Virus record (IMG/VR): IMGVR_UViG_3300022723_000184
Span: 1 to 64,000 of that record
Source of the DNA: a virus
Lineage: Duplodnaviria > Caudoviricetes
Length of the DNA stretch: 64,000 nt
Strand: one strand, 5' to 3'
A program made the translations under genes and the position numbers. Below the pieces are notes generated by a model that did no database searches, was not told where the DNA came from, and worked only from the letters and a program-made list of their open reading frames with translations. Below, piece by piece: positions 18,210-27,271 of this stretch (positions are counted from its first letter, which is position 1; each line of letters opens with the position of its first letter).

Positions 18210-18994
18210 TCGAACTACAACCCGGCCCCATCGACTGGTACGTAAAGCGACTGGGCCTCGGTCTTCCCACGTCGTTCAGCCGCTGGGGCGACGGCGAGTG
18301 GCGGAGCGTGCTGGCCGAGAACGACGCGTGCTGGGAGCGGCTGCGGAGCATCACGCCGGCCTGGCGCAAGGGCAAGACCAACAAGTCGGGCCACAGCTTT
18401 CCGACCAAGATGGGCGAGGAGATGCGGGCGATGCTTCGATCGCGGCCCAAGCACATCCTGCTGTTGGCCAACCGGTACGGCAACCCGAAGAGCCCCATGC
18501 CCCAGATCGGGCTGGCCCGGTGGATCAAGGAGTGGTTGACGGCCAACGGCCTCGATGACCTGCCGTGGGGTCCGGCCGACACCATCGTCCGTGCCCTGTA
18601 TCGGATGGAGTTCGAGCCGTTCATGGACGTGCTGCAGGACAAACGGATCCTGCTCGTGGGGCCCGGCCACCTCAAGGGCCTGGACGTGATCCCGGTCGAC
18701 GAGTTCATCGGCATCCCGCCCCGCGACGCGTACAAGGCCATCGACACGCTGTTCAAACAGATCAACCACTACTGCGAGAAGGCCGGCGAACCGGTGACCG
18801 TTTCGATCAGCATGGGACCGGCCAGCCCCCTGCTCATCGAGCGGCTGACCCGAGAGTGCCCGAGCCACTCGTTCATGGACCTTGGCTCGATCTGGGACGG
18901 GTTCGTGGGTCAACACAGCCGCAGTTACATGAAGGTGGACGACGTGCGTCGGTACACCGAGAAGCTCAAGAAGAAATACGGAGGCGCAGGATGA
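18197..18994 (+). CDS. GT-D-fold (DUF1792-like) glycosyltransferase
   Basis: SFSRWGDGE, ILLVGP, ISMGPASPLL and DLGSIWD motifs. Confidence 0.7.
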   Translation: MQEVVELQPGPIDWYVKRLGLGLPTSFSRWGDGEWRSVLAENDACWERLRSITPAWRKGKTNKSGHSFPTKMGEEMRAMLRSRPKHILLLANRYGNPKSPMPQIGLARWIKEWLTANGLDDLPWGPADTIVRALYRMEFEPFMDVLQDKRILLVGPGHLKGLDVIPVDEFIGIPPRDAYKAIDTLFKQINHYCEKAGEPVTVSISMGPASPLLIERLTRECPSHSFMDLGSIWDGFVGQHSRSYMKVDDVRRYTEKLKKKYGGAG

Positions 18995-19067
18995 ACAAGC
19001 TGTTCGAGTACATGTACGAGGAGCAGGCCAAGAAGTTCCGCGAGGAATCGGAGAAGGCCGAGGCCTG

Positions 19068-19775
19068 ATGTTCGTCAACCATGCCGAGCCCTGGTTTGTC
19101 TGCATGCTGCCCCCGAAGACGGGGACGAGCACGGTCGTCGCCACCCTCCGCATGCTGGTGGGTGGCGATGCCGACATGGAGATGACCGAGTATCGAGACA
19201 ACATCGCCAACCATCCGGGCCTTGCCCGGCAGCCGGTCACCAAGTTCCTGCCGCCGGCCGCCGCCTTGCTCAAGCATTCGTTGTCGTACAAGAACCGTCA
19301 GGGCTACAGCACGCTGGTCACCTGCCGAAACCCGTTCAGTCGAATGGTCAGCCTTTGGGCGTACACCTGGGACACGTACTACCCGGGCATGACGTTTCAA
19401 CAGTTCCTGCGGCACGAGGACATGCCGACGTTCAGCGCCAAGCATTGGATGTGCCTGCCCCAGTATGTCTGGGCATCTGCCTGCTGCCCTGAACACGTAG
19501 GTATGGGTTTCAAGCCGGTCGTGGACCACGTGGTTCGATGTGAGGACATAGTTGGCAGCCTGGAGCGGATCCCGTGGGTGAACCGTGAGATCCCTTCCCT
19601 GAAGATCAACGCCGCCCGGTATGCCCGCCGGGGCTGGTGGGAGTACTACGAGAAGGGCGATGCCGAGATCGTGACCGACCTTTACCTGCCGGACTTCGAC
19701 CTGTTCAGCTACTCGACGGACTTGGAGGACGCGATCGATGGCGATCGATGGCGACTGAAGGGCGGACCAAGGTAG
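19068..19775 (+). CDS. Sulfotransferase family 2 protein
   Basis: PPKTGTST and CRNPFSRMVSLW; paralog of 7014..7619. Confidence 0.85.
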   Translation: MFVNHAEPWFVCMLPPKTGTSTVVATLRMLVGGDADMEMTEYRDNIANHPGLARQPVTKFLPPAAALLKHSLSYKNRQGYSTLVTCRNPFSRMVSLWAYTWDTYYPGMTFQQFLRHEDMPTFSAKHWMCLPQYVWASACCPEHVGMGFKPVVDHVVRCEDIVGSLERIPWVNREIPSLKINAARYARRGWWEYYEKGDAEIVTDLYLPDFDLFSYSTDLEDAIDGDRWRLKGGPR

Positions 19776-20080
19776 AGGCGTTCCGGGTGCGGGTCATGTG
19801 CGAGGTCGAACAGCCGGACAGCGGCCTGGTGTGCGGCGGCGAGCTGGAGTTCACCGGCACCGCTGCACGAAGTGTGGCAACGGGGAGTGGCTCAAGGACC
19901 AGTACCGTCATGATCCGTATCGACTACCACCGTGCCGGCGACAAGCTGGCAGAGCTGTGCGGCTACCAGATGTCCGGGACGTTCCGGACCTACCTTGGCC
20001 AGATGCGGACGCTGGGCCTGATCCCCAAGCGTGGCGACATCCGGGCCACCGAACTCGTTTTCCCGGAGGGAGTGGTATGA
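19748..20080 (+). pseudogene. Mosaic remnant: zinc-ribbon fragment joined to a wHTH-like tail
   Basis: C..CGGELEFTG in frame 2, second CxxC (HRCTKCG) in frame 1, then LAELCGYQMSGTFRTYLGQMRTLGLI. Confidence 0.4.
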
Positions 20081-20256
20081 GTAAGAAAAATTCTGGGTAC
20101 AAGCCGCCGGACCTGCACATTTGTGTCGACTACTCCGGATGCTTTTGCCGCTGAATACCAGCACACGGAATTCTTACTTCTAGGTATGGCGGTTAAGTAC
20201 GCAGGCATCTACGGCGTTGAAGTCCTTATTATCGGCAAAAACAACGACACAACGAA

Positions 20257-20955
20257 ATGAACTCACCCATGGTCAGCGCCATCATGATCACCGGCAAGAC
20301 CCCGAAGCACGAGCGGATGGCTCGGCTCGCGGTCCAGGCCTTCATCGACCAGTCGTACGAGAACCGCGAGCTGGTGGTGATCAACGATGGCGAATACGAG
20401 CTGAAAGTAGGGCACCCGATGGTCCGGGAGGTGCCGGTGGGTAAGGGCCGGACCCTCGGCGAGCTGCGGAACATCGGCATGCTTAACGCCAAGGGCGAGT
20501 GGGTGATCCAGTGGGACGACGACGATCACCACCACCCGCATCGGATCCTCTACCAGATGGCGCACCGACGGCTGGGCTGTGCCGTTCTGCTTCGCAAGCA
20601 GATCAGGGTGGACGTGCTCAACGGTGAAGCGATCTGCATCGAGGACAAGAATGGGATCGCCGGTACCATCCTGCATCCGCATGAGCCATTGCGCAAGTAC
20701 CCGGACATCGAGCGGGCCGAGGACAAGGAGTTCCTCAAGCTGTTCGGCTCGGACAAGGTGCTGCTCGACAACAATTCCGACAGTTGGCCGGGGCCGGCCC
20801 TGTACGTCCGGTTCTACCACGGCAAGAACACGTGGAGCCGAGAGAACATCATGGGCGGCAAGGGGTCGTACTCCCGCCGCTGGAACCCGAACTCCGAGGA
20901 GCGGGCGTACATCGCCCATGTCCTCGAAACCTACGGGCTGAAAATCGCATGGTGA
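20257..20955 (+). CDS. Glycosyltransferase family 2
   Basis: FIDQSYENRELVVINDG, LGELRNIG and QWDDDD. Confidence 0.85.
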   Translation: MNSPMVSAIMITGKTPKHERMARLAVQAFIDQSYENRELVVINDGEYELKVGHPMVREVPVGKGRTLGELRNIGMLNAKGEWVIQWDDDDHHHPHRILYQMAHRRLGCAVLLRKQIRVDVLNGEAICIEDKNGIAGTILHPHEPLRKYPDIERAEDKEFLKLFGSDKVLLDNNSDSWPGPALYVRFYHGKNTWSRENIMGGKGSYSRRWNPNSEERAYIAHVLETYGLKIAW

Positions 20956-21830
20956 GCGGCAAGATCAGTTGTGTCATGGTCACGAGGCCGGCCCGTGTCG
21001 GCCTGGCCCAGCGGGCGATCATCAACTTCCTGGATCAGGGCTACCCTGACAAGGAGCTGGTGGTTGTCGGTTGGAGCGCCCAGAAGCTCGACGAGGTGAT
21101 CTTGCCGATCAAGCATCTGGATCCGGACAACCGGGTCACGGTGATCGACGTCGATTTCAGCCGGCCGCTGTGGAGCTTGTTCAACGTGGCCGTTGAGCAG
21201 ACGACCGGCGAATGGATCACGGCCTGGGACGACGACAACCTGTCGCACCCCGGTCGTCTCCATCGGCAGATGCAAGAGGCTGAGCGGCAGCGGCCCATCC
21301 TGTTCGGATCCAGGCTCTACCATTTCATGGACAGCGACGAGCTGTTCGTGAGGGACCCGGGCAGGGCCGTGTTCGATGGCGACGCCCGGTCCAAGCCCCA
21401 CGCCTTCCTCACCCGGGTGAACCCGTACACGATGCTCGTCCACCGAGATCAGTTTTGTGGTATCCCTGAGGTCAAGGGCCATCCGTGGATCAACACGACC
21501 CTGGCCTTCTACACGATGGGCCTGACCCCCATCCTGATCCCGGGCGAGCCCGGTTGGCACAAGGTGGGTGTCCTGGGCGGCAACGTCATGGGCTACGATC
21601 ACCACCGCAACATGGTGACCGGCCGCGGCTCCGTGAGTTCCCGTGGCCTGATTGATCAGAGGCATTACCTGGACGAGATGCTCGATGCCTACCGGTGGGA
21701 CGGGCCGGTGACGGTTTGCGGGTCCGATCACATCGCTTACGAGTACCGGCCCGAGAAATTCTGGCTCCCGAGCCTGACCCCTGTGGAGCCGCCGATGGAC
21801 GGGGTGACCCGAATCAGCGAAGAGATCTGA
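20949..21830 (+). CDS. Glycosyltransferase family 2 (paralog)
   Basis: FLDQGYPDKELVVV, LFNVAV and AWDDDNLSHPGRL. Confidence 0.8.
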   Translation: MVSGKISCVMVTRPARVGLAQRAIINFLDQGYPDKELVVVGWSAQKLDEVILPIKHLDPDNRVTVIDVDFSRPLWSLFNVAVEQTTGEWITAWDDDNLSHPGRLHRQMQEAERQRPILFGSRLYHFMDSDELFVRDPGRAVFDGDARSKPHAFLTRVNPYTMLVHRDQFCGIPEVKGHPWINTTLAFYTMGLTPILIPGEPGWHKVGVLGGNVMGYDHHRNMVTGRGSVSSRGLIDQRHYLDEMLDAYRWDGPVTVCGSDHIAYEYRPEKFWLPSLTPVEPPMDGVTRISEEI

Positions 21831-22063
21831 TGGCCAAGAGGCGAAGCATGCCGAAGAAGGGCGCCCCGCTCTCCCCCAGGGAGAAGCAGGTGGCTATCCG
21901 GCTGACCACGGGCCTTACGACCCGGGAGATCGCCGAAGAGCTTGGCTTGAGCTACGACACGGTTAAACTGCACCTGGCGAGGATCCGCCGGAAGCTGGGT
22001 GTGCAGCGAAGCACACAGGTCGCCGTCTGGGCGGCCAGGAACTTATTGAAAGGCCGGCGATGA
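21830..22063 (+). CDS. LuxR-type HTH DNA-binding protein
   Basis: LSPREKQV..RL..G.TTREIAEELGLSYDTVKLHLARIRRKLGV. Confidence 0.9.
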   Translation: MAKRRSMPKKGAPLSPREKQVAIRLTTGLTTREIAEELGLSYDTVKLHLARIRRKLGVQRSTQVAVWAARNLLKGRR

Positions 22064-22539
22064 ACTCGCTGACACTGCTCAAGAGTGAAGAGGACTGGTC
22101 CAGGTACCGGCAGATGTTCGCCGAGGCCTCGGGGATCGTCGGCGGCTACATGGGTTGGGGTGACGGTCCCAAGAGCTACCCGTGCCTGGTCTCCTCGTAC
22201 AAGGAGACCGGCGAGATACTCACCGACTTCAAGGTGGTCAGCTGCTTCGTTTACGTGAGCGACGCCCTGTCGCTGATGCGTGCCCACGGCGCTGAGATCA
22301 CCGAGGTGTCGAAGGACGTTCAGGCGGTGAACACCGTTGGCCCGCAGCAGGACGGATTCAACCGGGGCGTCGCCTGCCACATCGGTGCGATCCTCGACAT
22401 CCTGCGGGACACCGGGATCATCACGCCCGAGAAGTACAAGGAGTATTACCTGCGGACGGTGAGCGAGGTGGACCAGAACGTGGAGCGGGATCACCAAAAG
22501 ATCCTGGAGCACGCTTTCGGAGGCAAGAAGAAGTCATGA
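22060..22539 (+). CDS. Hypothetical protein
   Basis: ATGA overlap; native codon usage. Confidence 0.65.
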   Translation: MNSLTLLKSEEDWSRYRQMFAEASGIVGGYMGWGDGPKSYPCLVSSYKETGEILTDFKVVSCFVYVSDALSLMRAHGAEITEVSKDVQAVNTVGPQQDGFNRGVACHIGAILDILRDTGIITPEKYKEYYLRTVSEVDQNVERDHQKILEHAFGGKKKS

Positions 22540-22787
22540 AGATCAAAGAGGTCCACATCGAGCTGCTGCCCAATGACACCGACGTCAACTGCAGCGCCTG
22601 GGTCAAGGACGAGGGTTTCCACGAAGAGACCAACACCGTCAGCTGCGACACCCGGGCTCGCTACCGAACTACGTACGAGCACTTCGACGGAGAAGGCTTG
22701 AAGTCCAAGACGCACCGGGACTGGTGCAAGAACTGTTTGCCGGCCAAGTTTGATGGACCGGCCAAGGAGCTGGAAGAAAAGTCATGA
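22536..22787 (+). CDS. Hypothetical protein
   Basis: ATGA overlaps at both ends. Confidence 0.6.
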   Translation: MKIKEVHIELLPNDTDVNCSAWVKDEGFHEETNTVSCDTRARYRTTYEHFDGEGLKSKTHRDWCKNCLPAKFDGPAKELEEKS

Positions 22788-23056
22788 ACATCTTTGTTGC
22801 CAACCTGCCGTACAGCGCACAGGAACACGAGCTGAAATCTGCTTTCGAGCAGTACGGCGAAGTGGAAAGCGCTAAGATCATCACCGATCGCGAAACCAAC
22901 CGAAGCCGCGGTTTCGGGTTCGTGGAGATGCCCAACGACGATGAGGCCCGTGCGGCCATCGACGGCCTGAACGAGGCCGACTTCGGCGGTCGCCCGCTGA
23001 AGGTCAACGAGGCCAAGCCCAAGGAGCCCCGCAGCCAGGGCTACGGTCGCCGCTAA
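22784..23056 (+). CDS. RRM (RNP-1) RNA-binding protein
   Basis: IFVANLPY (RNP2), SRGFGFVEM (RNP1) and LKVNEAKPKE, as in bacterial Rbp proteins. Confidence 0.95.
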   Translation: MNIFVANLPYSAQEHELKSAFEQYGEVESAKIITDRETNRSRGFGFVEMPNDDEARAAIDGLNEADFGGRPLKVNEAKPKEPRSQGYGRR

Positions 23057-23070
23057 ACCAGAAGGACCAC

Positions 23071-23517
23071 ATGAACAAGTTCGTATACCCCGTGCTCAGC
23101 TACGAGGTCGTTGACGGCGACACGGTCAAGACCGTCCTCGATCTGGGCTTCCAGACCACCAAGTTCGTTTCGGTCAGGATCCAAGACATCGACACGCCCG
23201 AGAAGCGGACCCGCGACAAGCTGGAGAAGCAGGCCGGGCTCTCCGCTACCTTCGCCGTGAAGAAGTGGTTGGAGTGTCGGGTCAAGAACCACGGCTACAC
23301 GTTGATGGTCATCTCGACCGAGTTGGGCAAATACGCCGGCCGGATCGTGGGCGACATCTACTCCCTTGAGCAGGACGCGGCCACGCTCTCGTCCTACATG
23401 CTCAGGCGTGGCTGGGCACGGGTGTACGACGGTGGTCGCAAGAAGAAGTGGTCCAGGGCCGAGCTGAAGGAGATTATCAAGCAGGCGGAGCTGGACTGGC
23501 CCGAGCTGGTGATCTGA
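23071..23517 (+). CDS. Thermonuclease (SNase-like)
   Basis: VVDGDT..V.LDLGF, VRI.DIDTPE and KY.GRIVG. Confidence 0.88.
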   Translation: MNKFVYPVLSYEVVDGDTVKTVLDLGFQTTKFVSVRIQDIDTPEKRTRDKLEKQAGLSATFAVKKWLECRVKNHGYTLMVISTELGKYAGRIVGDIYSLEQDAATLSSYMLRRGWARVYDGGRKKKWSRAELKEIIKQAELDWPELVI

Positions 23518-23717
23518 TGAGCAAGAACAAGAGCAGGACGATGCAAGAAGCGGTCAGGGTGCTCGACATGTTCCTGGCCCTGGACACTGCCGACCCGCAC
23601 GCCCTGCCCGGTTCTTCGATCGGCCACGTGAAGGCTGCGAAGAAGCAGCTGCTGAGGGACATCCGAAAGCGGCGAGACAAACGCGAGCGAGAGTTCGCAC
23701 GACGGAGGATCGAGTAG
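23517..23717 (+). CDS. Hypothetical protein
   Basis: TGATG overlap; basic C-terminus. Confidence 0.55.
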   Translation: MSKNKSRTMQEAVRVLDMFLALDTADPHALPGSSIGHVKAAKKQLLRDIRKRRDKREREFARRRIE

Positions 23718-23864
23718 TGACGACGGGCGAGCCGCTTACGGACGGGCGACAGGGACTCATGGCTCAACGACGGATCGACGGGGCCAAACGGTTCTTCCCG
23801 TTCATGGACGACGGGAAGATCGACGTGAAGGCACTGGAGGCGTGGTCGAAGGGCGGTGACGTTC

Positions 23865-24068
23865 ATGGCTTCCCAACAAATCAACCTCGACGACAAGGTC
23901 ACCATCCCGATCCACGATAAGGAGTCGGTGGTCATTGGTCGTCAGGACGATTGGTTCCTTTGCGAAGTCAAGGATCCTAGCGGTGTCGACTGGGGCGGCT
24001 GGAACCCCAAGGAAAATCCGTACCCCAGATGCTGGTTCCCGGCCAGCAAACTCAGGAAGTTGCCGTGA
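23865..24068 (+). CDS. Hypothetical protein
   Basis: MASQQINLDDKVTIP...RCWFPASKLRKLP; overlaps the next start. Confidence 0.5.
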   Translation: MASQQINLDDKVTIPIHDKESVVIGRQDDWFLCEVKDPSGVDWGGWNPKENPYPRCWFPASKLRKLP

Positions 24069-24958
24069 TTCACTACCGGACCGTTGCCGATCTCAACTGG
24101 ACCATCCGCAACAACCTACACAAGGTGCCCGGGGGCACCGAGGTAATTGCCGGCGTCCACCGCAGTGGTCAGCTGGCTGCTCAGATCCTGGGCGCCCACC
24201 TGAACCTGCCGGTGATCAGCTTCCGCAACCTGCGAGAGACGCACTGGATCTACGCCGGCTACCGCAGCTACATTGAGGCCGAGGAGCAGGACGAATACCT
24301 CCGCAAGATCCGCAAGGTGCTGGTCGTCGACGACGCGAATACCAGCGGCCAGACGATGATCACCGAGCGGCAGCTTTTCGAGAAGGCGGCCGAGGAGAAA
24401 CGGTTGCCGGCGCACAGCGTTACCTACATGTCGATCTACCCGGCGGCGGCCAAGGTCCCGGGCATCGACCTGCACATGGAAGTGGTGCCCGGCCCCAGGA
24501 TCTTTGAGTGGAACTGGGTAAATCACAGCCTGTTGGCCAAATCGTGCGTGGACATGGACGGCGTACTTTGTCACGACCCGTCGCCGGCCGAGTGGGATGA
24601 GCCTGACGGGGCAAAGCAGTACCAGGCGTTCATGAAGACGGCTAGGCCCTTGTTTCTGCCCAAGCGTGGGTTGAGGCACGTGGTGACCAGCCGGCTGGAG
24701 AAGTGGCGGGACCTGACGGTCGATTGGTTCCGCAAGCACCACTTCGACTACGGCAACCTGCACATGATGCCGGTCGACTCACCGGAGGCCCGAGACGCTT
24801 ACGGCCGGGCCAAGTGGAAGGCCGAAGTCTACAGCCATCTGTCGGAGACCAAGCTCTTTTTTGAGTCGGATCGGGAAGAGGCGATGGAGATCTACGCACG
24901 CACCGGCCGCCCGGTGTTCTGCGTCGGTACGCGGGAGATGTTCCAAGATGGCTACTGA
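24065..24958 (+). CDS. Type I PRTase-fold + HAD phosphatase fusion (paralog 2)
   Basis: VLVVDDANTSGQT PRPP loop and DMDGVLC HAD motif; GPRIFEWNW shared with 17128..17964. Confidence 0.75.
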   Translation: MIHYRTVADLNWTIRNNLHKVPGGTEVIAGVHRSGQLAAQILGAHLNLPVISFRNLRETHWIYAGYRSYIEAEEQDEYLRKIRKVLVVDDANTSGQTMITERQLFEKAAEEKRLPAHSVTYMSIYPAAAKVPGIDLHMEVVPGPRIFEWNWVNHSLLAKSCVDMDGVLCHDPSPAEWDEPDGAKQYQAFMKTARPLFLPKRGLRHVVTSRLEKWRDLTVDWFRKHHFDYGNLHMMPVDSPEARDAYGRAKWKAEVYSHLSETKLFFESDREEAMEIYARTGRPVFCVGTREMFQDGY

Positions 24959-25286
24959 CCCGCAAAACATTGTTTCTGACGACCTGTTGGGTGCGGCGCA
25001 AAGCGAATTGCTTTCGACGAGTACGCTCTTGGGTAAGTTTGGTCTGGACCCCAGCGAGGAACTCAAGAAGGCGACCGAGGAGCAGATCAAGCTGCAGCGA
25101 GAGGCCCGTAAGAAGAAGCCGCTCCTGAAGGGCCTGACCCCCAGGCAGAAGACCAAGGTCCTGGGCAACCAGTTCATGGAGCAGATCGAGCTGGGGCCGG
25201 TGCCCCGCAAGATGCCCAGACGCAACGTGGTTGAGCACCCCTGCGACAAGCCGCGGCAACGACGCAAGATCCGGAGGGTGCAGTGA
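24948..25286 (+). CDS. Hypothetical protein
   Basis: Overlapping ATG; basic C-terminus. Confidence 0.55.
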   Translation: MATDPQNIVSDDLLGAAQSELLSTSTLLGKFGLDPSEELKKATEEQIKLQREARKKKPLLKGLTPRQKTKVLGNQFMEQIELGPVPRKMPRRNVVEHPCDKPRQRRKIRRVQ

Positions 25287-25987
25287 GGCGTGTGTCTCTG
25301 CGGACCATGGGCGATCGGTTTGTGATCGCCGCCGTGCCCCGGTGCGGTGGTGGGATGATCGGTTCGGCCCTGGCCTCCCGCCCCGGCACTCGCTGCGTCC
25401 TCGATCTGGCGGCCGCGCCTGAAGATGCCTGGGGCAAGGTCTGGAACCCGAGCGACATGCTCAAGCATCGGGGCGGTGTGGGCTGTGTCCTCGACGCGAC
25501 GCTGGCCCAGACCCACGGCTTCTGGGACATGATCGCCGAGCAGCCCGACATCCGGGTGATCGTGGTCGGTCGCCACAACCAGCTCAAACGGTTCGTGTCC
25601 GAGAAGCTCATGGCCGCGACCGGCGTCGGCCGGCGGTTCAAGCACGCGACGCTGGAGCAGAGCCAGACGCTCGATGTGGACGTGGACGAGCTTCGCCGCG
25701 ACGTGACGTACTATTGGGAGACGGTCAACTATCTCGACGAGCTGTTCCAGGGCCACCGGGTGTTGAGGCTGCAGTACGAGGACGTGGTGTTCAAGCCCAA
25801 CGTCTGGTTCAACCGGGTCCAGGAGTTCCTGGGCCTGGAGCCCTGCAAGATCACGCCGTGGACCGGCAAGCTGCAGCACCGGAAGTTGTCGCAGGTGATC
25901 AACAACTACCACCGCCTGCTCAAGCACATCATGTGGCTGCCCCGGTTTGGGGCCCCGGACTTCGAGCGACCGGAGCCCGAGGCGTGA
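25283..25987 (+). CDS. Stf0-like sulfotransferase
   Basis: AVPRCGGGMIGSAL (PAPS loop variant), GRHNQLKRFVSE, LQYEDV, VQEFLGL. Confidence 0.7.
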   Translation: MRRVSLRTMGDRFVIAAVPRCGGGMIGSALASRPGTRCVLDLAAAPEDAWGKVWNPSDMLKHRGGVGCVLDATLAQTHGFWDMIAEQPDIRVIVVGRHNQLKRFVSEKLMAATGVGRRFKHATLEQSQTLDVDVDELRRDVTYYWETVNYLDELFQGHRVLRLQYEDVVFKPNVWFNRVQEFLGLEPCKITPWTGKLQHRKLSQVINNYHRLLKHIMWLPRFGAPDFERPEPEA

Positions 25988-26757
25988 GGACCGTCATTTT
26001 CACCATTGCGACAGGGGACAAGTGGCGGGGCCTGGCTGGGCTCTTGATCGCCACGCTCCGCCGATTCGGGGGATACCAGGACGACGTCGTGGCGTTCGCC
26101 GATGGCCCGGTGGACGGGGCTCGGGTGCTGCCGGTCTCCGAGATCTACGAGGAGGCGATGGACGGTGAGGCGGCGATCACCAACATCCACGCATGCCGGA
26201 TTGGTGGCGCCCGCAAGATGCTGGAGGCCGGCTACGACCGGATCTTCTATTGCGATGCCGACTGCCTGGCCGTCCGGCCGATCGGCGAGCTGTTGGAGCT
26301 GGTGGACGGCGATCATCTGGTCGTGAACCCGGACAACGCCTGGGTTGAGGGAACGCTGGCCATCGAATCCCGGTGGCATAGCGGCTTCATCCGCACGCCT
26401 GAGGAGCGGCAGCGGTGTAGGGATCTAAGCATGCCGACGATCAACGCCGGCACCTGGCTCGGTACGGCGAGCGCCCTGGGCGAGCTGCTCGACGACTACT
26501 ACAAGATCTGGCGGTACGGCCACTACTCGTCGGCGGCCTCTGAACGGTGCCGGGAGCAGGCGGCGTTCAACTACTGGTGCCTACGGAACCACGAGCGGAT
26601 CCGGTACATGCCGCACCGGTGGATCTTCTGCAACGTGGTGGGGACCTGGGTGAAGCCGCCGGCCTGCACGCGTATCGTTCACTTCTTCCACCAGAACGTG
26701 GGCATGATGCCCGAGTATTACGAACGGATGTTGAGCGGCGACCATGGCCTTCGGTAA
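25984..26757 (+). CDS. GT-A glycosyltransferase (GT8-like)
   Basis: IFYCDADCL DxD motif, INAGTW, EQAAFN and VHF. Confidence 0.75.
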   Translation: MRTVIFTIATGDKWRGLAGLLIATLRRFGGYQDDVVAFADGPVDGARVLPVSEIYEEAMDGEAAITNIHACRIGGARKMLEAGYDRIFYCDADCLAVRPIGELLELVDGDHLVVNPDNAWVEGTLAIESRWHSGFIRTPEERQRCRDLSMPTINAGTWLGTASALGELLDDYYKIWRYGHYSSAASERCREQAAFNYWCLRNHERIRYMPHRWIFCNVVGTWVKPPACTRIVHFFHQNVGMMPEYYERMLSGDHGLR

Positions 26758-27001
26758 CAAGAAGAAAAAGAAGAAGACCAAGGCCCCGGCCACCGTCCTG
26801 TTCACCAGTGAGAAGAACGAGAACGGCCGGCGGCAGAAGTGCGTGTTCGCCCAGTGCCACTTCAGCGGGTACGGCGCCGGCCCCGTCTGGGGCCACGGCG
26901 ACAACTCGGTCAAGAAGGTGTTGGCCCAGCTCACCGCCGAGTGCGACTGCCCGGCCCGCTACCACCAGAACAAAGAGCAGCAGGGAAAGCGTATAATCTG
27001 A
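26744..27001 (+). CDS. Small basic hypothetical protein
   Basis: Poly-Lys N-terminus; several Cys/His residues. Confidence 0.55.
   Translation: MAFGNKKKKKKTKAPATVLFTSEKNENGRRQKCVFAQCHFSGYGAGPVWGHGDNSVKKVLAQLTAECDCPARYHQNKEQQGKRII
26992..26997 (+). promoter_or_regulatory. -10 hexamer upstream of the tRNA-like gene
   Basis: TATAAT 19 nt before the acceptor stem; no clear -35. Confidence 0.55.
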
Positions 27002-27015
27002 CGCCTACAGTGTGC

Positions 27016-27135
27016 CGATCGGTAGCTCAGAGGGCGGATGGAGGACGGGTGGGTAAGCACACCCAGATTCCGATGCCCGCGGCAGAGCGGCGGGGACTAA
27101 CCCGAGAGTCGCAGGTTCGAGTCCTGCCCGATCGA
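27016..27135 (+). tRNA. Atypical tRNA-like RNA with about 50-nt D-loop insertion and 6-nt anticodon loop (GACUAA)
   Basis: 7-bp acceptor stem CGATCGG/CCGATCG, TA-GCTC...GAGC D-stem, GG dinucleotide and T-arm GCAGG-TTCGAGT-CCTGC. Anticodon stem CGGG/CCCG resembles tRNA-fMet. No encoded CCA. Confidence 0.75.
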
Positions 27136-27137
27136 TT

Positions 27138-27211
27138 TGACAGCCGGAGAGACGGCACCCCTGCACGGCCAAGCACAGCGGGTAGAGCCTGACAGCTGGG
27201 AAAAGACCGGC
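27138..27211 (+). repeat. Two TGACAGC-hairpin elements with purine-rich loops
   Basis: TGACAGCCGGAGAGACGGC (27138) and TGACAGCTGGGAAAAGACCGGC (27190). Confidence 0.55.
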
Positions 27212-27231
27212 CGAGTCTGGTTTCTCCTCCG

Positions 27232-27268
27232 CCCTGCGGTCCCAACCCTACGGGACCACAGGGTTTTT
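27232..27268 (+). terminator. Intrinsic terminator
   Basis: CCCTG-C-GGTCCC/GGGACC-A-CAGGG stem, then TTTTT. Confidence 0.75.
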
Positions 27269-27271
27269 CAT

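Noticed and set aside
27016-27135. Standard amber-suppressor, pyrrolysine or selenocysteine tRNA
   Set aside because: The loop is 6 nt without U33, the stem is initiator-like, and the extra arm is in the D-loop rather than the variable region.
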